A stretch of 38,223 nt of DNA from Victivallaceae bacterium (GTDB taxonomy: Bacteria > Verrucomicrobiota > Lentisphaeria > Victivallales > Victivallaceae). Both the position numbers and the translations under genes were made by a program. Below are positions 8,522-16,522 of the stretch, piece by piece. The stretch covers positions 1 through 38,223 of the forward strand of contig JAZQTR010000182.1 in the NCBI GenBank assembly GCA_045630865.1, written 5' to 3'. Under the pieces are notes generated by a model. That model was not told the origin of the DNA. It did no database searches and was given only the letters and a program-made list of their open reading frames with translations. Positions within the stretch are counted from its first letter, which is position 1. The number at the start of each line of letters is the position of its first letter.

Positions 8522-10399
8522 TCATATAATTACTGAACCGCTGGATGCGCGGTGATAACGGTTGATATGTTCAAAAGCAGCATTCTTCGGCAGCTGCTCT
8601 TCGAGCTCATCGATACGCTCAATGGCTCCGGAAATATACTCATTGATACGCAGAGCTGTCTCTTCAAGGCGGGCAATAAGCCCGGCGTTGCGATGCTGGA
8701 TGCGCTCAAGTCCGAAGGGTTTGGCGACAGCATGCCACTGGGCTCTGAACTCGGAGTCGAACTCGGTCACGGCAGCAATAGTTGCTGGAATGAGTTTCAC
8801 AGCAATTTCACGCAGAGCAACAATGTCGCCCTCTTTGTAAGCGGTACGCAGTGCTCCGTAAAGCTCAAGCTTCTTGATCAGCGCACTGGCAATATCTGAA
8901 GCAAGCTCAAGATCACCTGCACCGTCTGCGTCGAACTCAGGAAGAACTCTGCAGAGCAACTCCTCGTAATGGTCGAGCATAATGAGGTCAAACTCCGGCT
9001 CGCGGCGAGAATAGTTTTCGCACACGGTTCCAAGCAGAGGATCATCCCAGAGCAGCATACTTGCTGACACGACAAAAGTGTCGCCTCTGGAATCAGTCAG
9101 GCGGTAATCAAGTTCACTTGCCGCAATGTGAGCCTCAAAGCTGGTGGGAGCGCAGAGAGTGTTGAATCGCGCTTCAGTACGCTCAAAGCTGTTGATACCG
9201 AAAGAGAGATCTCCGGCATAAAAGATTCCGGCAAGACTTGAGTCGTAGTTGCAGTAGGCTCCGTCATCTCCCCACATGGTGAAGAACACCTCCTGCACCT
9301 TCTCGTCACGGCAGGCGGCGAGACAGGGTTCGGCTGTTCGGCGGGTCTGATCATGGTCATACCACATCTTTGCCCAGGTCCAGATTCCGGATCCCATGAT
9401 CGGCTCATAGCCGATGTCGCGGTGACGGCGGATCATGCCGGTATACTTCTCTTTTTCTTCGTGGTAGTAATCCCAATAGACAAGCTGTACGTTTCCGGGA
9501 ATCGCCTTCTGAACATCCTGCGGAATAGGTGACTCAAGGTCATAATATTTCTGGTCGGGATTGCTCAAACGGAAATACATATCTGACCAGATCATCGGAG
9601 TCAAACCGTATTTTCCGCAAACTTTATTGACCATCGCAAGCTGACGGTTGAAGAGATCGAAACCACGGACAAAGCCGTTGTGATCCATATATCTGCCGCG
9701 TCCCAGATCATGGGTTTCATCCATACCGATATGAATACGGCGACTGGAGAGTGCTTTGCTCCAGAATGAGATCATACTTTCAATAAGTTTCTCTGTTTCA
9801 GGAGCATCGACCATCAGCACACGGCCGGTATCTCTGACACTGCTGAACTCATTGTATTTCAGCATCTGCTCAAGATGTCCGAGCGTCTGGATACAGCCGA
9901 CAAGTTCGATACCGAGTTTGGCTGCATAAGCGTCAAGCTCCTGAATTTCCTCAAGCAGATAGGCTCCGCGCTGGAAACCGAACTTGGGGTATTCTTCAAG
10001 CTCGTAGGTATCCTCGGTATAGAGCATAAGCTGATTGTATCCGCAGAGAGCAAGGCGGCGCATCCAGACTTTGAGATGTTCGACCTTCATTACCATATTG
10101 CGCGACACATCGAGCATGATGCCGAGCTTTTTGAACGGAGTGGACTCTTTGCCATCCAGACGGCTGAATGCAGATCCGATACCGCGCGCCGCACCGGAAA
10201 CTGTATTGTATTCCACTGTGACCGCACCTTTGCTGCGGATCACATTTGAAATGATCCCCTCGCCTTCCACACGCTTGAATGAGAGCTTCAGACCGCGTCC
10301 GCTGTCGGAAATAGGATACTCATCTTCGAGAGCGCGCACCAGATCCAGCAGCTCTTCAGGAAGCGACTGATTCCAGACAAGTTTTGAAATTTGTTCCAT
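8522..10399 (-). CDS. glycoside hydrolase family 20 beta-N-acetylhexosaminidase (intracellular type)
   Basis: Catalytic Asp-Glu pair in RIHIGMDETHDLG. TIM-barrel segment GIMLDVSRN...LMLYTED. Length about 625 aa, no signal peptide. The ORF track starts at TTG 10408. ATG 10399 has GGAG 9 nt upstream. Confidence 0.85.
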   Translation of the reverse strand: MEQISKLVWNQSLPEELLDLVRALEDEYPISDSGRGLKLSFKRVEGEGIISNVIRSKGAVTVEYNTVSGAARGIGSAFSRLDGKESTPFKKLGIMLDVSRNMVMKVEHLKVWMRRLALCGYNQLMLYTEDTYELEEYPKFGFQRGAYLLEEIQELDAYAAKLGIELVGCIQTLGHLEQMLKYNEFSSVRDTGRVLMVDAPETEKLIESMISFWSKALSSRRIHIGMDETHDLGRGRYMDHNGFVRGFDLFNRQLAMVNKVCGKYGLTPMIWSDMYFRLSNPDQKYYDLESPIPQDVQKAIPGNVQLVYWDYYHEEKEKYTGMIRRHRDIGYEPIMGSGIWTWAKMWYDHDQTRRTAEPCLAACRDEKVQEVFFTMWGDDGAYCNYDSSLAGIFYAGDLSFGINSFERTEARFNTLCAPTSFEAHIAASELDYRLTDSRGDTFVVSASMLLWDDPLLGTVCENYSRREPEFDLIMLDHYEELLCRVLPEFDADGAGDLELASDIASALIKKLELYGALRTAYKEGDIVALREIAVKLIPATIAAVTEFDSEFRAQWHAVAKPFGLERIQHRNAGLIARLEETALRINEYISGAIERIDELEEQLPKNAAFEHINRYHRASSGSVII

Positions 10400-10415
10400 A
10401 AAAAGCAACTCCTTT

Positions 10416-11102
10416 TTAAGCAGATATCTCTGCGTTGTTTTTTGATGTCAAAGTGTCGTAAGCGGCATATCCGGCAGGCTTCACCGGATAGGTGTCAACG
10501 AACTCCTCCCACATTCCCTCGGCGTACTCTGAAGTGAAGATGAGCGTCACAGCAGGAACCTGAAAGCGGCTGTTGCAGATCATTATAGAATTGACTTCAG
10601 CAACCGGACGGCGGACGACAGCACATCCCGACGGTATCTCTTCTGAAGCGATTTCGAAGTCCGCCAGCACATCAGCCAATGCTTTACCGGCTATATCAAG
10701 TCTGGCAAGCTGTTCAGAGAGATCAACGGACTCCACCTCATCGAGTTGTCCGATCAACTCTCCGGCGTCTTTGGGGTTGTCGGCAAGCAGAAGAATATCA
10801 TCCTCCATCATCGCGACGATGGTGATATCACTCTCTTTATATTTGGCAGAAACTGCAGCAGGAACAGTGATTTCCTGTTCAAGTTCAACGTTTTCCAGAG
10901 AAGATATTCTTTTGATTATCTCCTTTCCGCAAACGCGGATTCTTGCTGTGTGACAGCGGTCGAAGACTGAGCAGTTTTCCAAAGTATGTTTTACCTCGGC
11001 GGTAGCTCCTCCCGGAAAGTTTTTGGCAAGATTCCAACCGCCTACCGGAGCTGTTTTGGCATCATATTCTTTTTCTATATCGTACAGACAGGTCTTTTTC
11101 AT
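10416..11102 (-). CDS. GcvT-like (aminomethyltransferase folate-binding domain) protein, truncated and divergent
   Basis: N-terminus TCLYDIEKEYDAKTAPVGGWNLAKNFPGG...VKHTLENCSVFDRCHTARIRVCGKE parallels GcvT TPLY..H...GA.MV.F.GW.MP..Y...EH.AVR..AG.FDVSH. The C-terminal part ends with KPAGYAAYDTL (compare G.GARDTLRLEAG). Only 228 aa against about 360 for GcvT. Confidence 0.6.
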   Translation of the reverse strand: MKKTCLYDIEKEYDAKTAPVGGWNLAKNFPGGATAEVKHTLENCSVFDRCHTARIRVCGKEIIKRISSLENVELEQEITVPAAVSAKYKESDITIVAMMEDDILLLADNPKDAGELIGQLDEVESVDLSEQLARLDIAGKALADVLADFEIASEEIPSGCAVVRRPVAEVNSIMICNSRFQVPAVTLIFTSEYAEGMWEEFVDTYPVKPAGYAAYDTLTSKNNAEISA

Positions 11103-11110
11103 ATCATTAC

Positions 11111-11818
11111 TTACAGTTTGGCATCCAGTACTTTTTCTGCTGAATGAAGTTTTTCTATTGCGAAAGCCATTCCCTGCGGATGCCGGAAAACGGCAGTTCC
11201 TGCCACCACGACATTACATCCTGCGGCGGCGACAGTTTCCACGGTATTGACGTCGATTCCGCCATCAGTCTGAACAAGTACCGGAAGATCACGGCGCAAA
11301 ATCTCACGCTTTACAGCTGAAACTTTGCTGACCATATCACTCATGAAACTCTGTCCTCCAAATCCCGGCTCGACCGTCATAATCAGTACAAGGTCAATCT
11401 TATCGAGGTATGGAAACACCTTTTCCGCCGGAGTTCCCGGCTTGAGAGAGATTCCGACAGTACATCCGGCACTGCGTATTTCTGAAATCGTTTCAAGCAC
11501 ATCGTCATCCGACTCGAGGTGGAACGTCAGGTGATCACTGCCGGATTCTGCAAAAGCACGGGCGTACCGGGCAGGATGGGAAATCATCAAGTGGGTGTCA
11601 AACAACAGCTCCGACTCTTTCCGCAGAGCCTTGATGACCGGAATACCGAAAGAGATGTTGGGGACAAAGTGACCATCCATCACATCCAGATGCAGCATAT
11701 CAGCTCCGGCTGAAGTCACCTCTGCTATCTCTTTTCCGGCGCGGTTGAAGTCCGCCGCAAGCAGACTGGGAGACACCAGAACTTTCGTGCGGGACATATT
11801 GCGTATATCGTATTTCAT
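11111..11818 (-). CDS. rpe: ribulose-phosphate 3-epimerase
   Basis: SPSLLAADF, HLDVMDGHFVPNISFG, MTVEPGFGGQSF, QTDGGI. An alternative start at Met8 is possible. Confidence 0.93.
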   Translation of the reverse strand: MKYDIRNMSRTKVLVSPSLLAADFNRAGKEIAEVTSAGADMLHLDVMDGHFVPNISFGIPVIKALRKESELLFDTHLMISHPARYARAFAESGSDHLTFHLESDDDVLETISEIRSAGCTVGISLKPGTPAEKVFPYLDKIDLVLIMTVEPGFGGQSFMSDMVSKVSAVKREILRRDLPVLVQTDGGIDVNTVETVAAAGCNVVVAGTAVFRHPQGMAFAIEKLHSAEKVLDAKL

Positions 11819-11892
11819 AACTATAGTATCCTGTCAATGACTCTTCATATAAAGATACTGCACCGGAGGTGTTTTTTCAAGCTCATTACGCA

Positions 11893-11927
11893 TAAAAAAA
11901 GGCGTTGTGATCAAACACAACGCCTTT
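11893..11927 (-). terminator. intrinsic terminator of glyQS
   Basis: Perfect 12-bp stem AAAGGCGTTGTG / CACAACGCCTTT with a 6-nt loop. On the minus strand it is followed by a run of T (plus-strand A-run 11894-11900). It begins 19 nt after the glyQS stop. Confidence 0.8.
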
Positions 11928-11945
11928 GCGGACAATGACAGAGAA

Positions 11946-13277
11946 TTATTTCTCGATCTTTTCCTCGATGTAGCGGCGCAGCTGGGTGACGTTGACGCGC
12001 TCCTGCTGCATGGTGTCACGGTCACGGACGGTGACAGCATTGTCATTGAGGGAGTCAAAGTCGAAAGTGATGCAGAACGGAGTACCGATCTCATCCTGAC
12101 GACGGTAACGTTTGCCGATGCTTCCGGTTTCATCGTATTCACAGCGGAAGTAGCGGTCGATATCCTTGTAGAGGCCGTAGGCATTCTCTTTGAGTTTCTT
12201 GGACTGCGGAAGAACAGCCACCTGGATCGGAGCGACCAGCGGAGGCAGGTGAAGAACAACACGGACGTCCTCTTCCATATCAGCCTTCTGGGTGGCAGCC
12301 TTTTCCTCATCGTAAGCGTGGGCAAGCAGAGCAAGCATGGTACGGTCGAGTCCGACGCTGGTCTCGATGACGGTCGGCATGATCTTGCTCTTGTTGTCGT
12401 GGTCGATGTACTGAAGATCCTGGCCGGAGAACTTGCTGTGCTGGGAAAGATCCCAGGTTCCACGGTGGTGGATTCCCTCAAGTTCGCCCCAGCCGAAGGG
12501 GAACTTCACTTCGATATCGATAGCAGCCTTGGCGTAGTGGGCAAGCTTCTCGTGCTCGTAAATACGCATGAAGCTGTCCTCGAAGCCGAGCTTGTCGCGA
12601 TAGTATTTGATACGCTGCTCTTTCCAGTACTCGAACCACTCCATACCCTCTTCGCCGTCGCAGAAGAACTCCATTTCCATCTGGGTGAACTCTCTGCTGC
12701 GGAAAGTGAAGTTGCGGGGGTTGATCTCATTGCGGAACGCCTTACCGATCTGGGCAATACCGAAGGGCAGCTTCTGACGGGTGGCAACGCGAACACTGTG
12801 AAAATCAACAAAGATCGGCTGGCAGGTCTCGGCACGCAGATAAGCGACGTGCTCATCATCAAAGACGGGACCGACAAAGGTCTTCATCATCAGGTTGAAT
12901 TCGCGCGGCTCGGTAAGCTCCTTGGATCCGCAGTTGGGACAAGTGGTGGGATCAGCCATCTGATCGACGCGATAGCGGGATTTGCACTTTTTGCAATCGG
13001 TCATAAGGTCGCTGAACTGATCGATGTGACCGGAAGCCTTCCAGATCATCGGATGGGCGATAACAGTGGAATCGAGTCCCTCAACGTTGTCGCGGGTTTC
13101 GACCATCTCGTGCCACCAGAGGTTTTCAATGGCACGCTTCATGCGGGAACCGTACGGACCATAATCCCAAAAACCGTTGAATCCGCCGTAGATCTCGGAA
13201 CTCGGGAAGACAAATCCTCTGCGTTTACAAAGACTTACCAGCTTATCCATAAGCTGATCATCGAACTCTTTAGCCAT
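11946..13277 (-). CDS. glyQS: glycine--tRNA ligase (alpha2 homodimeric type)
   Basis: 443 aa. MAKEFDDQLMDKLVSLCKRRGFVFPSSEIYGG.NG.WDYGPYG N-terminus. Class-II motifs (FRNEI.PR, GLDR). C-terminal anticodon-binding domain. AAAGGA SD. Confidence 0.95.
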   Translation of the reverse strand: MAKEFDDQLMDKLVSLCKRRGFVFPSSEIYGGFNGFWDYGPYGSRMKRAIENLWWHEMVETRDNVEGLDSTVIAHPMIWKASGHIDQFSDLMTDCKKCKSRYRVDQMADPTTCPNCGSKELTEPREFNLMMKTFVGPVFDDEHVAYLRAETCQPIFVDFHSVRVATRQKLPFGIAQIGKAFRNEINPRNFTFRSREFTQMEMEFFCDGEEGMEWFEYWKEQRIKYYRDKLGFEDSFMRIYEHEKLAHYAKAAIDIEVKFPFGWGELEGIHHRGTWDLSQHSKFSGQDLQYIDHDNKSKIMPTVIETSVGLDRTMLALLAHAYDEEKAATQKADMEEDVRVVLHLPPLVAPIQVAVLPQSKKLKENAYGLYKDIDRYFRCEYDETGSIGKRYRRQDEIGTPFCITFDFDSLNDNAVTVRDRDTMQQERVNVTQLRRYIEEKIEK

Positions 13278-13325
13278 AACAGCAATCCTTTATGTTATAG
13301 TATTACGTTAAAAAGATATTTTTAT

Positions 13326-13354
13326 AATATAACACTTTCAGGTGTGTATTGCAA
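13326..13354 (-). promoter_or_regulatory. candidate sigma-70-type promoter of glyQS
   Basis: Minus strand: TTGCAA (13354-13349), 17-nt spacer, TATATT (13331-13326), about 45 nt upstream of the glyQS ATG. Confidence 0.4.
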
Positions 13355-13437
13355 CCCCATATCTGCCATTCCTGCAACTTTGGATAGCGTTATGCTGAAG
13401 AAACGTCAACTTTCAGCAAAAAAAAACTCTTTTATGC

Positions 13438-13465
13438 TTGACAATGCTCTTTTGTGAAGTATATT
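13438..13465 (+). promoter_or_regulatory. candidate sigma-70-type promoter of the small basic protein gene
   Basis: TTGACA (13438-13443), 16-nt spacer, TATATT (13460-13465). Same architecture as the asnB candidate. About 65 nt upstream of ATG 13531. Confidence 0.45.
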
Positions 13466-13530
13466 AAGGAATCGACAGATGTTTATATTACAGATTTAAT
13501 TATTTAATTTAACATAAAGGGTACAAAACA

Positions 13531-13686
13531 ATGTCTCAGCATCCGAGTCTCCGCGTCGGCGGTAAAATCCGCAAGATCCGCAATGTTATGAAGCGTTATG
13601 AGCGTCTTGACGTTCTCCGTGCCGAGGGCCGCATTCCTGAAGATAAGGTTCAGGGACTGCCCAAGACCAAGCCGGTCGAGATCTGA
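13531..13686 (+). CDS. small basic protein (51 aa), PVC-type
   Basis: Not in the ORF track because it is under 60 aa. ATG 13531 to TGA 13684-13686 encodes MSQHPSLRVGGKIRKIRNVMKRYERLDVLRAEGRIPEDKVQGLPKTKPVEI. The H.SL, RNV.KR.ER and GLPK pattern matches my recollection of the 'small basic protein' family (TIGR04137-like). It has its own promoter candidate and a strong terminator. SD-like AAAGGG lies upstream. Confidence 0.75.
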   Translation: MSQHPSLRVGGKIRKIRNVMKRYERLDVLRAEGRIPEDKVQGLPKTKPVEI

Positions 13687-13706
13687 GCTTTTTGCGCGAT
13701 TGAACA

Positions 13707-13739
13707 AAGGACGCCTCTTATGGCGTCCTTTTTTATTTT
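13707..13739 (+). terminator. intrinsic terminator after the small basic protein gene
   Basis: Stem AAGGACGCC (13707-13715) / GGCGTCCTT (13722-13730), 6-nt loop, followed by TTTTTTATTTT. Confidence 0.8.
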
Positions 13740-13763
13740 CAACCCGAAGCAGGGAGATAAACT

Positions 13764-14330
13764 ATGGAATTCAAAACTCTGGTAAAACTCCGCCGTACTA
13801 TCCGCTTCTACGAAAACAGAAAAGTTCCGGTGGAAGATCTTATGGCTCTCATCGATATTGCCCGTTTTGCCCCGAGCGGCGGCAACAAACAGCCGATCCG
13901 CTATATCATCATCGACAATGAGGATACCGCCAAAAAGATCTTTGATGTCACCCGTTACGGCGGAGCAGTCACTCCCCGCCGCTCCCCCGTCTGGGGTGTC
14001 AATGCCCCGCGCAGCTTTATTGCAGTGACATCCGCCAAAGGCGGCTCTGTCGTCGATGCCTCATGCGCCATCCAGAATATACTGCTCGGAGCCGCCGACA
14101 GCGGTCTCGGATGCTGCTGGATCGGAGCTTTCAATAAAGAAGAAGCCAAAAAAATCCTTGAGCTGGGTGAAGATACGGAACTGCATTACCTCATCGCCGT
14201 CGGATATCCGGCAGAAACTCCTCAGAGTGAGGACATCTCCTCTGACCATCCAACAGCCTACTACCTGGATGACAACAACGTTCTGCACGTTCCAAAAATC
14301 AAAGCCGAAGAGATAACCACCATCATGTAA
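13764..14330 (+). CDS. nitroreductase family protein
   Basis: 188 aa. RRTIRFY, ARFAPSGGNKQP, QNILLGAADSGLG.CWIG motifs of the NADH oxidase/FMN nitroreductase fold. GGGAGA SD. Confidence 0.85.
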   Translation: MEFKTLVKLRRTIRFYENRKVPVEDLMALIDIARFAPSGGNKQPIRYIIIDNEDTAKKIFDVTRYGGAVTPRRSPVWGVNAPRSFIAVTSAKGGSVVDASCAIQNILLGAADSGLGCCWIGAFNKEEAKKILELGEDTELHYLIAVGYPAETPQSEDISSDHPTAYYLDDNNVLHVPKIKAEEITTIM

Positions 14331-14346
14331 TTGAGGAAAATCATTT

Positions 14347-15354
14347 ATGAGCAGCAAAGAACTTATGCGCCGTTACCTCGGAAATCCACGCCAGCTTGCA
14401 GGAATCCGCAGAGTTATCCTCGACGATGACACCGGACGCGGAATGCGCGTCTTTGAAGTGAACAACGGCAGCGGATTGAGCTTCAACGTCTATCCCGACC
14501 GCGGACTTGATATCGGCGAAGTATTCTTCAACGGCAGACAGCTTGCCTGGCTCACCGGCAGTTCAGCGGCGGCTCCAGCTTTTTACAGCGATAAAGACGG
14601 AGAGTGGCTCCGTACCTGGGGCGGCGGTATGCTTACCGGATGCGGCTATCTCAACGTCGGCCCGGCTGAAGGAAATGAGGGACTCCACGGCAGACTTTCG
14701 CACATTCCGGCAGGAGAAGTTAATTCCTTTGCTGACTACGTCGATGACAACACTTTCAAACTGGAAGTATCCGGAAAAGTTTTCCACACCAAAGTCTTCA
14801 ACGAAAATCTGCTCTTGAAACGCACAATTTCAACTGTCAACGGAAACAATACCATCGTTATCGAGGACAGAATCGAAAACTGCGGATTCAGACCGGAACC
14901 ATTCATGGTTCTCAATCACATGAACTTCGGATGGCCGCTCGTCGATGAGAACTGCCGTCTGGAATCCTCTGATCCGGATCACGAAGTCATCGCCCGCAAT
15001 CAGCGTGCCGCCGAGGGACTCGACAAGTGGCATATCATGGAGGAACCGCAAATCGGATTTGTTGAACAGGTCTATTTCCACCAAAACGAGAAGACCGACT
15101 CCAACGGAATGGCTTCGATGGCGATAGTCAATCAAAAAGCCGGATTGAAAGTCACGGTTCTGCGCCGCGTTGCAGAGCTTCCGTACCTTATCGAATGGAA
15201 GCAGATGGGATGCGGAAATTATGTGCTCGGAATGGAACCCGCCAACTGTCCTCCCATCGGAAAAGAGGCTTTTGAGAAAGAGGGCGGCTTGAAATATATC
15301 GCTCCCGGCGAGATCGTAAAGACCAAAATAAAAGTTGTGTTTGAGGCAATATAA
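14347..15354 (+). CDS. aldose-1-epimerase-like (DUF4432) family protein
   Basis: 335 aa. Mutarotase-fold pattern with GLHGRLSHIPA and NHMNFGWP. GAGGAAA SD. 16-nt gap after the nitroreductase gene. Confidence 0.72.
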   Translation: MSSKELMRRYLGNPRQLAGIRRVILDDDTGRGMRVFEVNNGSGLSFNVYPDRGLDIGEVFFNGRQLAWLTGSSAAAPAFYSDKDGEWLRTWGGGMLTGCGYLNVGPAEGNEGLHGRLSHIPAGEVNSFADYVDDNTFKLEVSGKVFHTKVFNENLLLKRTISTVNGNNTIVIEDRIENCGFRPEPFMVLNHMNFGWPLVDENCRLESSDPDHEVIARNQRAAEGLDKWHIMEEPQIGFVEQVYFHQNEKTDSNGMASMAIVNQKAGLKVTVLRRVAELPYLIEWKQMGCGNYVLGMEPANCPPIGKEAFEKEGGLKYIAPGEIVKTKIKVVFEAI

Positions 15355-15377
15355 TTCAAACGACAACTATTCAACAA

Positions 15378-15428
15378 AGAAAAACGGCTGTTGCAAAACC
15401 TGATGTTTCGCAGCAGCCTCTTTTCTTT
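15378..15428. terminator. bidirectional intrinsic terminator between convergent genes
   Basis: Stem GGCTGTTGC (15386-15394) / GCAGCAGCC (15410-15418): 9 bp including one G-U. 15-nt loop. An A-rich run lies before it and TCTTTTCTTT after it. It sits between the DUF4432 stop (15354) and the M14 stop (15446). Confidence 0.6.
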
Positions 15429-15445
15429 ACAGTAGCCGTGTCAAT

Positions 15446-16522
15446 TCAGAAACACGTTTTTCTATTTTTGGACAGAAAATTTTTTCGGTCACAAAATCTG
15501 TTTTTTAATCCATATTCCAGTATTGTTTCCAGCATAACATATCCGGTATCTGCAATCCGTTCAAAACTTTCTGCATAAACAGAGGTGAATTCAAAGGTTG
15601 CAGTTGCTGCTCCGCTGCAAAATTGTACTGCATTATTTATGTCAATACGGGCAGATAACTCCAGCGGATTGTTTTCAAAGATATTTTCATATCCAAGAGC
15701 TGCCAGAGAATTTGCGCACAAAACCCGCAGTTCATTGGTAATTGCCGTTTGCGATGGATATCCGCATACTGAAGGCTGTGTTATAAACGATACCGGACTC
15801 CCGGGTTGTGAGTGTAAGTTAAGAAAAAAATCAACCTTGAACTCTTCTGCCGCCCTGTAAATTGCTTTTGCCTCCTCGGTTTTGATATTGCCGGGTGCGG
15901 CATCAAGCTGTATGTTATATCCGTTACTGTTAGGATATCCTCCGGGAAAACTTACCTTATCCAACGGCAAGGGAAAATGCTCTTTCATCTGAGGCCATTT
16001 TATTGGAGTGCCATCAAGCCAGCAGCCTCCGCCTGCCCTGCGGCAGTCATCAATGTCAGCTCCGATGCAATGAGCGGGAGATATTGAACGACCGTCCATG
16101 TTGACACAAGGAAAAAGAACCAGACGGTAATGAGATGCAAGCTCAAGCAGTCCGGGGCGTTTTTCCCCTCTTAAATCAACACCGGTTTCAAGAAGAGAGA
16201 TAAGATTCATCACAAGAATTACTCCCTCTATCTCACTTCCGTGTATTCCTGCAGCGATCATAACAGTTTGTTTATCATTATCGCTGAACAGTTCAGGATT
16301 ACGGGTTCCGATTGCAGATATCCAGTTAACACGATTGCCGACAGAAACGAAATCATTATATACAAGACGGAATACAGGATAACCCTGCGGAGTTGATGCT
16401 TCCACAGTACCCCTGCCCTTCCCTGCCTTTTTACAGAAATCAATGATTTCTTCCGGATGAACCAGCCACCAGGCCGGACGCGGCATAAGACCGGGAATTT
16501 CAAATCGCTCAAATTTTTTCAT
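15446..16522 (-). CDS. M14-family zinc metallopeptidase / deacylase-like protein (cytoplasmic)
   Basis: HxxE zinc motif in AAGIHGSEIEG, then NMDG, and a second His in FLNLHSQPG. No signal peptide. Start placed at ATG 16522, giving MKKFERF. This ATG overlaps the upstream TGA as ATGA. The ORF-track start at 16579 would lie inside the lyase gene. Confidence 0.7.
   Translation of the reverse strand: MKKFERFEIPGLMPRPAWWLVHPEEIIDFCKKAGKGRGTVEASTPQGYPVFRLVYNDFVSVGNRVNWISAIGTRNPELFSDNDKQTVMIAAGIHGSEIEGVILVMNLISLLETGVDLRGEKRPGLLELASHYRLVLFPCVNMDGRSISPAHCIGADIDDCRRAGGGCWLDGTPIKWPQMKEHFPLPLDKVSFPGGYPNSNGYNIQLDAAPGNIKTEEAKAIYRAAEEFKVDFFLNLHSQPGSPVSFITQPSVCGYPSQTAITNELRVLCANSLAALGYENIFENNPLELSARIDINNAVQFCSGAATATFEFTSVYAESFERIADTGYVMLETILEYGLKNRFCDRKNFLSKNRKTCF

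Noticed and set aside
13278-13440. Possible T-box leader or other riboswitch upstream of glyQS.
   Set aside because: The predicted 5' UTR is only about 45 nt, AT-rich, and lacks a specifier or terminator/antiterminator structure or the conserved T-box sequence.
11907-13457. Very long ORFs antisense to recognised genes. Examples: 516 aa opposite glyQS; also 29275-30375 opposite lon, 25277-26035 opposite der, 36207-36995 opposite miaA, 21587-22387 opposite the Zn-ADH, 19863-20630 opposite GH88/105, 17104-17823 and 18184-18855 opposite the lyase, 37511-38113 opposite lpxC/fabZ, and 3174-3755 opposite the DUF45 gene.
   Set aside because: In every case the opposite strand encodes a protein with unmistakable family motifs along its full length. 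The antisense translations have no recognisable motifs and odd, low-complexity composition. Long open antisense frames are a common by-product of codon bias in moderately GC-rich genes.
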